Below are positions 1 to 11,396 of a stretch of DNA of 64,000 nt, one piece after another. Both the position numbers and the translations under genes were made by a program. The notes beneath the pieces are model-generated. The model had not been told where the DNA came from. It did not search any database and worked only from the letters and a program-made list of their open reading frames with translations. The stretch lies in the NCBI GenBank assembly GCA_013416795.1, contig RQSC01000028.1:995568-1059567 (forward strand), in the 5' to 3' direction. Source of the stretch: Prasinococcaceae sp. CCMP 1430. Lineage: Eukaryota > Plantae > Prasinodermophyta. How positions within the stretch are numbered: the first letter of the stretch is position 1; the number at the start of each line of letters is the position of its first letter.

Positions 1-135
1 CCGCCGCCGCGGCCGCCGCGGCGCCCCCCGCGCACGCACCCGCAAACCCTCAATGCATTTTGATGAGCCCCGTGGGTACAGAGCTGACATGTCGCTCGCG
101 CGCCGCTCACGTCTGCGCTCGTCGACCTGTGGGGC

Positions 136-1333
136 GTGGGCTCGGTCGCGCCTCGGGCGCAGCAGTCGGCCCTTGTCGGGTCCACCGCGCCCCGTGCTGC
201 ACGCAGCGCTCGCGCGGCGCGCGTCGCATGCCGCCGCGTGGCCGCACGCGCCGATGCGGACGCCGATGCCGCACCCGCCCGCACGCCGCGGCAGCGCACA
301 CGCGGCGGCAACCGCGGCATGGAGGTGACCATGCAGCTGGAGGACGTCTCGGTGGGCGCCGAGTACGACGGCAAGGTGACATCGGTGCGCGAGTATGGCG
401 CTTTCGTCTCCTTCGGGGCGAACGCCGACGGCCTCGTCCACATCTCGCAGATCGCTGACTCGTTCGTTGAGGACATCAGGTGCGTGGTGCCCACGAGCGT
501 CCGGGCGCGTGCGTGTGCGCGCTCGCGCGCGGTCGCTCCGTGCGTATTCTCTGCACCTGTGGCGCTCGCTGACGCGATGCCCGGACACTCGCAGCGAGGA
601 GGTGAAGGTGGGTCAGGAGGTGCGCGTACGCGTGCTGAGCGTTGACTTGGATTCCAAGCGCGTGGGCCTGTCGATGAGGTCGGAGAGCGCCAACGCCGGC
701 GGCGACGCGGGCAGTTACGATGGTGACGAGGGCGAGGGCGGGGAGATTGCCGCGCCGCAGCGGCGCGTGCACTTTAAGCGCGGCCGCGGTGAGGAGCGCG
801 CAAAGCTCAAGGTGCGCGTGGGCGACAAGCTCACAGGCACCGTGAGCAACTTGGCGGACTTCGGCGCGTTCATCACCATCGCCGAGGGGACCGACGCCCT
901 GCTGCACCGTTCCAAGATTGAGGGAGACGGTGAGCGCAAGCGCACGGCCGCGCGGGTTGCGCGAGCACGCTAATTGCAACGACGCGCCCGCGGGCTCGGA
1001 TCGCGTGCAGAACATGCTTGTGCGCTGCGGCGCGCACACCTGCTGACCCACGGGCGTGTGCGCGGGCGCACCGACCCAGGCGATTGGACCGAACAGGTGC
1101 CGCCTGGTCAGGAGATAGAGGTGTACGTGGCTGAGGTCAACGGCAACAAGATCAACCTTTCCCTGAACGATCCCAATGAGCACCAGGAGACGCTCGCGGA
1201 GGACGTTGACTCGGCTCAGGTGGACCACCAATGGAACGACATGATGGTCGCGCTGAAGGAGGCTGGGCTCGAAGTGCAAGTGCCCGCGTCTGCTGAGGAG
1301 TCCGCGGAGCCGGAGCCGGCGGTTGTGGCGTAG
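136..1333 (+). CDS. Plastid-targeted protein with two S1 RNA-binding domains (PSRP-7 / bS1c-like); introns about 480-594 and 930-1079; true start uncertain
   Basis: The Ala/Arg/Ser-rich transit-like N-terminus is followed by S1 motifs GKVTSVREYGAFVSFGANADGLVHISQI...VRVLSVDLDSKRVGLSM and GTVSNLADFGAFITIAEGTDALLHRSKI...VYVAEVNGNKINLSL. GT-AG junctions restore the frame; stop TAG at 1331-1333. Confidence 0.85.
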
Positions 1334-2176
1334 GGGGTGCGCTCCTACTCGCTGGGCAGCGCTCGACGCTGGAGCGCGTCGCGGCGCGCACATGGCATGC
1401 ATGAAGCAAGCGCCGAGCAATCCTGTGCGCGCGCACTAGAGACTAGATCGTAAGCACACCAAAGAATTACACGCAAGCTCGTTCGCGCGACATTCATGTG
1501 ATTATTATCATCAGGGAATGCAGTAGTACCTCGAATTCTTGCCCATGGTACGCAATCCAGCGACACCTGCGAACGCGCGCACGCTGCTGAAGAAACGAGG
1601 AAGCGTGCAGGCAAAAGCGTGCAACGCATTACAGGACTAGCGGAGCTACACAGCAAGCTGGGGCACGCGACCCGCGAGACCATCCAGCGCACCCTAAATC
1701 CCAAAACACACACCAAAATCCACACAGCCATGCAAGGGGCGGCGCCGACAACCCTCGCGGCACGTGCTCCACCCAGACGAATGGATCCGGACATGAACTG
1801 AAATATCGAGGAACAAAATGGGCGCAGGTACGCGTGTGTGTGCGCCTGCGAGCATCTAGACGGATGTGGCGCTCGTGGAGCATCGTTGGGCGATTGGTTG
1901 CTTGGTGATCAATGCGTGCCCTGTGCAGGCTTTGGGTACCGAGCTGCCCCCTCCGGTCTTGGTCAGGTAGAGTGTGTCGTGTAAGGCGATGATTCAATGC
2001 TTTGCGCGCGTGCTTCAGACGGCGTCGCCTCGCCGTAGCTTTGATGCGTCGATGCATCACTCGTGCGATTGCAATGCCATGAATGCGTCGACCGCAGTGT
2101 GCTCGCGTTGCGTTGCGTCGTGCGTGGTGGCTGATGAGTCACAACGCAGGCCTCTCTGCCACGGGGTGATCACAAT

Positions 2177-3950
2177 TCAGCAGTGCGATGGCAGGTGTGC
2201 CGCTGGCGTCTCCGCCAGCAACAGGGCGCAGCGCTCTTCCATCTGCTTGGCGTCGTCAAGCATTGCTGCGAGCCCTTGCTCGAGTTCGCGCATCGCGGTC
2301 TGCTCTTGCGCGATGCGTAGAGGCGAAGATGTTGTGAGAAGAAGCGAGGTCGCCGCGAAGGCGGCTCGCAAGCGCGTGTCCTCGGTGGCAAGAATAAGCT
2401 CCTGAGTGCGCGTACCGAGGCGCTCGAGACGCTTGGTGGACTCGGCGATGATGTCGTCCATCGTCTGGCTGTGTTCGACCCCGCCATCGTCGTCGTCGTC
2501 CTTCGAGGACGCCTTGTCGACGGGCCCGACGGCAGTAGTACCCTGAGGTATGGACGTTGGTAGACCTTTCTCATTGGGAGCAGATGGCTGCTGATTCGTG
2601 TGAGTGGCAGGCGGGCAATCCTCCTGATTCGCGTCTCGAGCTGGCGCGTCGCGCACCGAGGTGGTCATCTGAGGCTTGCATGGTCCCGCCGTGGGCATAC
2701 TCTCCTCCTGTCTGGGAGCAGTCGGGGTCTGCTTTGATTCACAGGCAAGCATAGTAGGCGCGCTCCTCGCCTCAAGCGGTGTGCCGTGCGTACAGGTAGC
2801 GCTGGCGTACGCAGTCGTAGCGGTTGCAGGTACCCCGTGCTGATGACACGCGTCGTGGACGGGCTGCGACGGAGGCGATACCTGGTTCGTGCCAACATCT
2901 GGTGACGCGCCGCTCTTGGGGCGGGCATCGGCCGCATCGCAGCTTGGCTGCGCTGGGTCGGCATGTCTTGCATCGTACGCTGCGCCATGAGCAAGTTGCT
3001 CGATGCCGCACACTTCGGGCTCGTCAGTGACGTCCGCAGCGTCCATCGCAGGACCGCCGCTCGCAAGTGCGGCCCTGGCATCGGGCGTACCGTCCTCTAC
3101 CTCGGTGTGATTGGCTGTCGCAGTCGCTCGAGCTGGGGCAGGGTGTCGGTGGCGTGGCGCGTTGTCTTCATCTTCGTCCCCTGCGGACATGCCACGACCG
3201 TGAACGGGCGCCTGACCACACGCCCGAGGCGCTGGTGCTACTCTCGTACGCTCGCGAAGGGCGGTGGCAGGGAGCACCTGCGCAGTGCCTGCCTGGCTAC
3301 GTGCGGCTGGGTCATGCAACGCCGAGGGCCCTGACGATGGCGCCGGATTGTCGGGTGAGGTGCCAGAAGCTGCGACGCGATCGGCGACCCCTGCAGTCCC
3401 CACAGTTTTTCCTTTGCTGCGCGTGTCAGTTGCCGGTCGTCCACCGGCCCTACCAACCGGTGTCTGGGCAGCATCGGCACGAGGGGCACCCGCCTGCGGC
3501 GCGCCTGGAGCTGCTGCACCTATCACCGTCCCCCCATAGCCAGGTGCGATCGCGGCGGCAGGCGTCGCGAAGCACCCTGCATTGCCATCGGTGGGGAGAT
3601 CCTTGGGCTCCGGCGTTGGAATCAGGGAGGTGTCTGTTGCGGAGGGCGAAGGGCATCGTGCGACTGAAGGCGCCTCGCATGCGGGGGGCGCATGCACAGT
3701 GCCTGGCGCAGCGAAGGAGGCTACATTTGTTTGGATTGCCGCTGGGACGGGCGACTGCGCCGCCGCTGTTCCTGCTGTTGCTGCCTTCGGCTGATGCTCG
3801 GCTGCCTTAGCCTTCTCCTTCTCGGCCATGGCGTTCTGCTCGCGTACCACGCTGGCTACATCCCCGAGCATGAAATCATCGTCGTCATCCGAGATCTGGC
3901 AGTGCACACCGGCATCAAAGTCCATCGCGCCCATTTTGAGCGTTGCCATG
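2177..3950 (-). CDS. Low-complexity protein of unknown function with a C-terminal predicted coiled coil; 3' end uncertain
   Basis: Long open frame from MATLKMGAMDFD (ATG about 3950). It has an Ala/Pro/Thr-rich middle and a helical tail (MDDIIAESTKRLERL...MRELEQGLAAMLDDAKQMEERCALL). No family recognised. Confidence 0.6.
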
Positions 3951-4544
3951 GCGGTCGGCACGAGGGGGGCGCACCCCGTGTGAGGACGCCGCGCGATGCG
4001 CGGAGGGGCTTTCCACGCGCCCCTCCTCCAGACGTTCCCGCGCGCGTGATTCCAAGTCCAGCGGAGGCCCGCGACGCCCCCGTGCGCGCGCGCCCGGGAG
4101 CGCGTGAAGGAAAGGAGGGGCCGCGGTGCTGGGCGCGGCGGTTGACCGTGCCGCTGGAGGGACGGGGCGGCGGGGCCGGCGGCGCGCGCGCACGCGGTGT
4201 GGCAAGCAAAGGCGCTCGCGCACACCGAAATTGAATCGCAACGGATTTCTGGCGCGATAAAATGCGCCCGCGGCCTTTTCCTTTTCAGCGCGCGTGCGGC
4301 GCGCACGCGAACGGCGAAAAAACGAGAGCAATGAGGTGAAACTCGTGTCGTAGATATGAAAGGGCGGCGCATCATCATCGCGGGGCCGGTGGTCGCCATC
4401 CCTGCGCACATCGGTGTGCTCGCAGGCGACGGATGCATCCCTCGCGGCTCGCTCGCATCTCACAGCCTCACGGGGAGCTCCGCTCGCACGACAGTGCGCG
4501 GCGCCCCGACGCCATGCTCCCTCCCTCGCCGGTGCGCGGGCGCA

Positions 4545-5534
4545 TCAAGCCCAGTCTGGACGCCGGGATGAGCGACGCGGCGGCGAGAAGATGTCCTCCG
4601 CGCTCGCAATCTGGGGCATCTCGATCTCCGAAGCATCGCGCGAGGGGGCGGTCTGGCCTCCACCAGGAGCCGATGGTCGGTTTCCTGACGACGAGCCCAG
4701 CATGCGTCCCGCGCTGAAGTCACGAGCGTTGGTCGCCGCAGCCGCGCGCAGCGGAGAGATTATGTGCTCGCCCGGCCGCTCCTGGCGTGCAACATGCCCT
4801 GTAGTCCGAGCGCGTCGGGAGGTCCGCGGGGCCAGATCATCGTGACTGCGACTGCGCGCATGATGCAACGATGGCGTTGGAGTCGACGGCTCTTCGCTCA
4901 GGCGGGGCAAGCGGCCGTTAGGGACCGACGCCATGCGGAGAGACCTGTCGCTGCCGAGACTGCGTGTCGAGCTCGGTAAGCTACCGTTGCCGCTGTCGGA
5001 GCCGCCATCTGCTGTCGACCGCTGCGAGCCTGAACCGAGGCTCGTCCCAACGGACGAGACGCGCTGGAGTGCCTCCAGGCCTCCGCGTGCACTGCGGCGG
5101 GAGATTCTGAGCGATATCGTCACCCCGGCCACTAGAGCGACCGCCGCTGCAACGCAGATCGCCACTATGACCCCCGTCGATAGCCCGCCTCCACCTTTAG
5201 CGTCACTCGACTCGCCAAGGGTGCCGTCAGGCGAAGGCACGCTGCTGTTTTCGTTGGCGGCGCCACCGCTCGCACCGCCGCCACCGCTTCCTACGAACAC
5301 CCCCGAGGGCGCGCTGCTCGCCGGGCCGCTGGGTGGGCCCCCAGGCAGCGCTAGCGTCTCATCACTGAGTTCACCACCACTTTGCACATTCGGCTGCGTG
5401 GATGTTGCCGTCATCGGTGCTGGCAGCGGTGCGCGTGCCGGCTGCGCCGATGTGAGCACCGGCTGCAGCATCACCACCAGGGTGACAGCGACTGCTGCCA
5501 CCAGTGCAAGCCCGAGCGCCCCGCGCCCCCCCAT
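4545..5534 (-). CDS. Type I single-pass membrane protein: signal peptide, Ser/Pro/Gly-rich ectodomain, TM helix, Ser/Arg-rich tail
   Basis: Signal-like MGGRGALGLALVAAVAVTLVVMLQPVLTSAQ; TM GGGGLSTGVIVAICVAAAVALVAGVTISL followed by basic RISRRSAR. Confidence 0.7.
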   Translation of the reverse strand: MGGRGALGLALVAAVAVTLVVMLQPVLTSAQPARAPLPAPMTATSTQPNVQSGGELSDETLALPGGPPSGPASSAPSGVFVGSGGGGASGGAANENSSVPSPDGTLGESSDAKGGGGLSTGVIVAICVAAAVALVAGVTISLRISRRSARGGLEALQRVSSVGTSLGSGSQRSTADGGSDSGNGSLPSSTRSLGSDRSLRMASVPNGRLPRLSEEPSTPTPSLHHARSRSHDDLAPRTSRRARTTGHVARQERPGEHIISPLRAAAATNARDFSAGRMLGSSSGNRPSAPGGGQTAPSRDASEIEMPQIASAEDIFSPPRRSSRRPDWA

Positions 5535-6083
5535 CGCTGCCCCCACCCCGGCGCTGGCGAGCCCCCCCTCCGGTAGGCGCGCGCCATTTGGCGCGTGGGA
5601 AGTGGCGCCGCGTCCCCTCCCCTCCCTCCCCAGCGCAGCGCGCCGCAGACGGCCGGCCCGCAGGGCCGCAGCGCCGCGCCACTCCTTCCCTTGGGAGCAT
5701 CGTTTTCCGGACCGCTCGAGCGAGTGCCAAGTGCGTTGTTTGCGCGCCGCGGTTCGCTCCGAACCCGGCGCGGAGTGCGCGCGCGCAAAAAAACACCGGA
5801 ATGACATCCACGAAATTGCGCTGGCTGTTCAGTTCACCCTTTTTTGTTGTGGTCCCCCACGCCATTCGCCGCGGTTTCGAACGCGACTCCGGCGGGAGCG
5901 CACGTCTCTGCGATACCAGCGAGCCAAAAAAGCGTCTGCTGCAGACGCTCAACAAGCACAGCTGCGGGTGCGCCACAGCGCGCGCGCCCCGCGGCGCAGG
6001 GCCGCGCACGCCGCGCAGAAACTCCCCCAACCAAGTCTTCCCCACACGGCTGCCTACGTGTGCACGCAAGGGGGGATTCAACG

Positions 6084-6993
6084 ATGGGCCAGCCGTTGCT
6101 CGCCGCGGCCGCGGCCGCGCCGGTGACCTCGCTCACGGCGGCGGCGCTCGTGTGCGTGCACGCCGCAATCGCACACCGCGGCGCCGGGTACGAGGACGTG
6201 GGGTGCTCGTACGCGCTAATCGCCGAGCGACGGCTGTGGCACCGCGCTGTGCTCGCGGCCGTCTCGCACGTTAGCACTCTGCACCTCGTGATGAACTGCG
6301 CCGCCCTCTGGGCTGTACGCGACCTCGAGCGTGCGCTTGGGTCTTCGGCGTACGCGAGGGCGAGCCTGCTGCTCGTGCTGGGCGTGGCAGGCGTCTCGCA
6401 CGCGACGTATTGTGTTCTCATCAGAAAGCTCGGCAGGGAGGAGTACTCGCGCCACGTCGTCGTGGGCTACTCGGGCGTCGTTTTTGGCCTGATGGCGCTC
6501 GCTGCGGCGCGTGCTCCATTTGGCGCGACTATCTCTCTTGGGGGTCTGCACGCGCCAGCGGTCCTCTCGCCATTCGTCTCGCTGGTGATAACGCACATGC
6601 TGATCCCGAACGCGAGCTTCGTTGGGCACGCATCAGGGATCATCGTAGGTGTGTGCGCGTGCTACGTTCTTTGTGTTTGCGCGCCCGCGCCTCGCGACAA
6701 TGGCGGGGCATTCCTCGCTAGTCTAACGGGCGTTCACGTGCCGCGGCCTCGCCCGTGTAGGCTACACGCTCGCCACGGGGCTGCTCAAGCTCGTGCACGG
6801 ATGGCTAGCCCTCGCGTTGGCACTGTGTGCGTCTGCGGCGTGCGTGCACAGCGCAGGGCTGCTATCGCACGTGCGCACACCGCAATGGCTGCTCCGGCGG
6901 CTCAGTCCGAGCGGCACGCAGGTCGTGGACGGACTGGGCCCCGCGCGTGTGGTGGATGGCCGGATCGTGCGCGAGCCGCTCGAAAAACTGTGA
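6084..6993 (+). CDS. Rhomboid-family intramembrane serine protease (plant RBL13/14-like); intron 6649-6760
   Basis: HxxxxHLxMN motif (SHVSTLHLVMN), catalytic GYSG and GHASG motifs, and multiple TM helices. The intron has a GTGTGT donor and GTAG acceptor. Confidence 0.9.
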
Positions 6994-7064
6994 AACGCGA
7001 TGTAAATCCAATCATGTACTGTACTGTGCCGACACATTCACAGCGCCCGACCACCCCGAGAGCC

Positions 7065-10000
7065 TCACAGCAGACCAAATGTCAAATCGACGGGGCTATC
7101 GCTGCACGGCTCGGCGTTGGCGCGCCGCCATAAGTCCCCCGAGCGGATGGCAGCGCCCTTTCGCACCAGCGATTCCAGGGTCTGCTGGAGCTGCTTCGCA
7201 TTGTATTCTTTGTATAGCTTCCTGAGATGCTCCAGGGCGAGGCCCTCAGCCGCAGAGCTGAGAGCGGCGCTAACCTTTAGCTCTGCGTCATTCAACCCGC
7301 CACTCGGAGGTACACGCGGCGCTTCTCGCGGCGGGCTTGCGACCACGCGCGGGGTGGCGTCCGGCCGGACCTCCTCGTGCTCGTCCTCCGAGTCGTTCTG
7401 CTGAGACTCGCGAGCCGCAGCGGTGAGACTGACGTGTTCGAACATGGCCGTCGCATCATCAGCCGAGATCACTTCGGACGATTCCAGAATTTCACGGTAC
7501 AGCTTCGAGCGTCTGAGCTTGTCGGCCCGCCCCAGCACGATCAGATGGCGGCGCGCGCGAGTGATGGTCACGTTGAGGCGTTCGGGCGCCTCGACGAACT
7601 TGAGATCACCATCTGAGCGTCCCACAGACACCAAGATGATCTCCCTCTCCTGCCCCTGAAAGGCGTCGACGGTAGACACATCCACGCCTGCCACATCCCC
7701 ACCGAGAGCATCGAGTGCTCGCCGCACGAGGTTGACCTGGGCTCGGAAGATGCATATCACTCCCAGCTGCTCGGGATTGAGGCCTGCTTCGACCATTCGC
7801 TTCAGGAGGAATGCAGCCGTGTCAGCCTCTGCGGGAGAGCTGTTGAACTGCTCCTGCCTGCCACTGGGCCGACTTGGCGGGACGTCAACGAAGGTCGAGG
7901 GCTCGAGACCTTCGATCAGTGCAGAGCGGTCATCTGCAGCGGCACCACAGCGCAGTCGTCGTCCGTAAAAGAGCACGTTTGGCACGCGCAGAAGCGCAGG
8001 GTGGCAGCGGTACGTGCAGGCGAGCAGGGTCGGGACGGCGCCAATCTTGGCCAGGCGTGAAAAGAGCGTGCGCGACAGGCCGCCGTTGTGGTCCGAAGCA
8101 GGCGGCAACACCTTCAGAATCGGGGGCAGCTGCATCGGATCCCCCGCGGCGAGGACCCGCTCGGCGCCGAATCGAACGATCGGGAGCATGCTCTGGGGTT
8201 CGATCATCTGCGAGGCCTCATCGAGGACCACGATCCTGAAGCGCTGCCCCTCGAGCGAAGCGTTGGACGCCGACGCGATCGTGACGCCAACAACACGGGC
8301 GGTAGCCACTTGGCTGCGCCGCGAAGACGCTACGTCCGATCGCGCGTTCTCGAGCTCCCGCATGAGGGCGGCACGCTGCCGGCGGCTGCGCGCCTCACGG
8401 AGCGCGGTCTGAATCTCCTTGATGGCATCCGCGGCCGTCGCCTTCTCATCCCCGCCAGTTGCGGAGTGGACGGCGTGTGGCAGAATGTCAGTGTGAATGC
8501 GCCTCATTGAGCCCACGCGAACAAAGCCGGTGTAGCCCGCTCGCTGCAGCCCGCGCAGGACTGTGTCCACAGCAGAGTTGGTCGCCCCAGCTACGAGGAT
8601 ACGCGTCGTGTCGTCCTTCGCGTCGTCGAGAGCTCGAGCGAGCATCGTGACTGCGGCAGCAAGCGTGTGGCTTTTGCCGGCGCCGAACGCGCCATGCACC
8701 AGCTGTGCTGCACACACAGACTCACTCGCGTCGGAGGAGCGCCGCGGGGCAAAGCCCACTACAGTGCTCGAGCTCAGCCAGCTGGAGCAGTCCGACAGGA
8801 CCGACTTCTGCTCTGGATTGAGATCTCGGTCGACTGCGAGCTGCGCGAGATGGTTGCTCGCAGCTGTCGACGCCCGCGACGCAACGCCCGGTGGTAGCAG
8901 CGGCGGCAACGTTTGCTCGTCGCTCCGTCGCATCAGCATCTGCACGATCGGAGCGAACTGCGCGACACTAGGCAGCCTCTCCAGCATCTCCATCAGCGCA
9001 ATTTCGTTCTGGATGTTGGCGACTCGGATCGCGGCGCACGGGATGCGTCGGAAGTTTGGGCCCTGGGAGAGGTCGCATGGCGCGCGGCCCAGCGCCAGCA
9101 AGCGCACCGTCGAACCCCCGTCGAGGGCGCCGTGGAAACTGTTTCGAAAGAGGCCGCACCAGCTCGCGCCGCTGGACGTGAAACTGGCGTCACTCGCCAC
9201 CACCCACAGGTCGTGCAAGCCCATCGCGGCGCTGCTCTCGAATGCGTTACCCAGGTGGAGAGAGTAACCTCCCGCCATCGCACCAGGGGCGCGTTCAACA
9301 GAGGTGCCGGAGCTCAGGTACAGCTTGACATCGCTCTTGCGGGCAGCGCTCTCGAGCTCCTTCATTTGGGCCCCATTGAGCGAGCGCAGCGTCTCCGCGA
9401 GCTTCGAGTGATCCACCTCGGCGGGTTCTGGCTGCCGCCCACGATGGCCCTTGCCTTTGGGCGCGTCGGCCCACTCGAAGAAGCACTTGGGGCCGTCCCC
9501 CTGCGCGCACATAAAGTACGGCCGTCCCTTGTTCTTGCCCTCTTTCTTTGTAATGCCGAATCGGGTGGCACCGTGCTTACATCGCGGAGGTGCACGCTTC
9601 GCTGCACCGGACGCGAGGTGCTTGGCCACGGCAGCATAGCGCCTCGCCGTGTCCGCAAGGTGGGCGGTGACCTCGGCAAGAGTTGCCACTGCAAAGGTTC
9701 GTGCATACTGCAACGGCCCATCGTATTCCACGGGGATGTCACGCGAGGGTGGCGACGAAGTGGGCGGCGCGGCACAGAAACGCAGCTCGCCTAGCGTCGC
9801 AGGGGCGCAATGCAACGAATGCGGCGCCGATGGGGGGCCGGCGGCCACATTCGGCACCACAGGGCCCCTCAACGACGGCACCGCGAAGCTAGCAGGCCTC
9901 GACGGCGCAGAGCTGTTAGGGCTCCGAGCGCTCACATTGACTGAACGCTCAGACAATGGCCTAGCCACGCCTGACGTGCGCGGTGGCTTCCAGTCGGACC

Positions 10001-10760
10001 CCACTGCAGCAACACCAGCAGACGATGCTGGCGCTCTCGCCATCGGCGCTCGCATTGCACAACGCGGCCCGGGTGCTCGGCCCGCCGGACCAGGGAGGGG
10101 TCTTCCGGCGGGCCCTGGCACAGGCTGTCCGGCGGGGCCTGGAATTCCTGGCGCAGCCTGCTGGTTCCCTGTCGGCCTCGGAGCGGATTGCACGGGCTGG
10201 CCACCGCCAGCTGTGTCTGCCTCGGCGGACGGGCGGCCGCCTCCGACAGCGCCCAATAGCATGGCGTGCACCTCCGCAAGAGAACGTCCTTCGGGTGGCG
10301 CGGGCCGCAGAACGGCTTCGGACCCCATCGGCGTTGCCACGCTCAAAGGCTGCTCCGATGCGCTCGGTGCACGGGGTCGCTTCATTGCAGTTGTGGCGGC
10401 CCCAGCGGTGGCGTTCGGGCGCTTGAACCCCCGCCCCGCGCCTGCTGCGTATGCCGGCGAGGCCCTGCGTCTGAAGGCGGGGACCACCGCCGCCGTGGGC
10501 GCCGGCGCTGCCTCCTTTCCGATTCCATCACCTCCTTCCACGGGGGCATCGACTTCGATCTCCACGCCCGCGTGCGAGATGTCCGCGCCGGCCTGCACGT
10601 CTTCCAGCTCAACACCGGCGAACACGACTGAACCATCCTCGCTACGCAGCGTCCAGCCATCGCCTTCGGACCCGAGCTCGCCGTCCAGCCAGCGCTTGCG
10701 ATGGCGCTGCTTCTTGTGCACGTCTCTGGTGTAGAGCACCGTCCACCTCGTGCTGGCCAT
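7065..10760 (-). CDS. ZGRF1: ZGRF1-like DNA helicase (DUF2439 N-terminus, GRF zinc finger, UPF1-like SF1 helicase); intronless
   Basis: N-terminal WTVLYTRDVHKKQRHRKRWLDG; GRF finger CKHG...GKNKGRPYFMC...CFFEW; helicase motifs HGAFGAGKS, VLDEASQMIEP, GDPMQLPP, YRCHP, TVDAFQGQERE, RLNVTITRARR. Confidence 0.9.
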   Translation of the reverse strand: MASTRWTVLYTRDVHKKQRHRKRWLDGELGSEGDGWTLRSEDGSVVFAGVELEDVQAGADISHAGVEIEVDAPVEGGDGIGKEAAPAPTAAVVPAFRRRASPAYAAGAGRGFKRPNATAGAATTAMKRPRAPSASEQPLSVATPMGSEAVLRPAPPEGRSLAEVHAMLLGAVGGGRPSAEADTAGGGQPVQSAPRPTGNQQAAPGIPGPAGQPVPGPAGRPLPGPAGRAPGPRCAMRAPMARAPASSAGVAAVGSDWKPPRTSGVARPLSERSVNVSARSPNSSAPSRPASFAVPSLRGPVVPNVAAGPPSAPHSLHCAPATLGELRFCAAPPTSSPPSRDIPVEYDGPLQYARTFAVATLAEVTAHLADTARRYAAVAKHLASGAAKRAPPRCKHGATRFGITKKEGKNKGRPYFMCAQGDGPKCFFEWADAPKGKGHRGRQPEPAEVDHSKLAETLRSLNGAQMKELESAARKSDVKLYLSSGTSVERAPGAMAGGYSLHLGNAFESSAAMGLHDLWVVASDASFTSSGASWCGLFRNSFHGALDGGSTVRLLALGRAPCDLSQGPNFRRIPCAAIRVANIQNEIALMEMLERLPSVAQFAPIVQMLMRRSDEQTLPPLLPPGVASRASTAASNHLAQLAVDRDLNPEQKSVLSDCSSWLSSSTVVGFAPRRSSDASESVCAAQLVHGAFGAGKSHTLAAAVTMLARALDDAKDDTTRILVAGATNSAVDTVLRGLQRAGYTGFVRVGSMRRIHTDILPHAVHSATGGDEKATAADAIKEIQTALREARSRRQRAALMRELENARSDVASSRRSQVATARVVGVTIASASNASLEGQRFRIVVLDEASQMIEPQSMLPIVRFGAERVLAAGDPMQLPPILKVLPPASDHNGGLSRTLFSRLAKIGAVPTLLACTYRCHPALLRVPNVLFYGRRLRCGAAADDRSALIEGLEPSTFVDVPPSRPSGRQEQFNSSPAEADTAAFLLKRMVEAGLNPEQLGVICIFRAQVNLVRRALDALGGDVAGVDVSTVDAFQGQEREIILVSVGRSDGDLKFVEAPERLNVTITRARRHLIVLGRADKLRRSKLYREILESSEVISADDATAMFEHVSLTAAARESQQNDSEDEHEEVRPDATPRVVASPPREAPRVPPSGGLNDAELKVSAALSSAAEGLALEHLRKLYKEYNAKQLQQTLESLVRKGAAIRSGDLWRRANAEPCSDSPVDLTFGLL

Positions 10761-11396
10761 CGCCTGCAGGCGAGCTGGCGAATGGCCAGGCTTCGCAGAG
10801 CGGCGCCAAGCCAGCCGGTTGCTTCGAAATCGCCTCTTGGGGCGCGAAACGTGACGCCCACACAACCGCGCGGTGGCACTCTCGCCGGGTCACAGCTGGG
10901 ATCGGACCGTGCGCCCCTTCCTTCTCCCCTTCACCCCCCCTCACCCCTCCCCTCCACTCACCCGCACATACACTACCAACTCTCTTCCCACCTCGCGTGC
11001 CGCGCCAGCGCGGCGCCCGCTCGTGCTGTGGCACCGCGGGCGGCGCCGCTGGACGCGCGCGCGTTTCGCGCAAAGGCGGCAGCCGTGGTATCATTGGGGG
11101 GGAACGTCGCAGCGGTCCCGGTTCCGAGCGCGCGCTCGACCGCGGATTCAGTGCTGAATCAACCCCTCGCTGGAGATCTGGGACTGCGCGAAGTCACCCG
11201 CACCACGGGCAAGAACCCAGTGTGTGCGATGCGGTGCGGCGTGCGTGCGGTGCGGTGCGGCGTGCGTGCGGCCGCGGCCACAGCGCGCGCGCGAGGCGGA
11301 GGGGGCTGGGAGAGCGTCCCAGAGTGGTTCATCAAGGCAGACGACGACAAGGCGCCGACCGCCGCTGCCGCCCTCCGCTGCGGCCGCGCGGCGGCC

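Noticed and set aside
10873-11396. Protein-like in-frame extension upstream of RPB9 (VPEWFIKADDDK) and a short TGCGGTGCGGCG duplication
   Set aside because: Candidate splice phases are incompatible and there is no ATG; probably 5' UTR.
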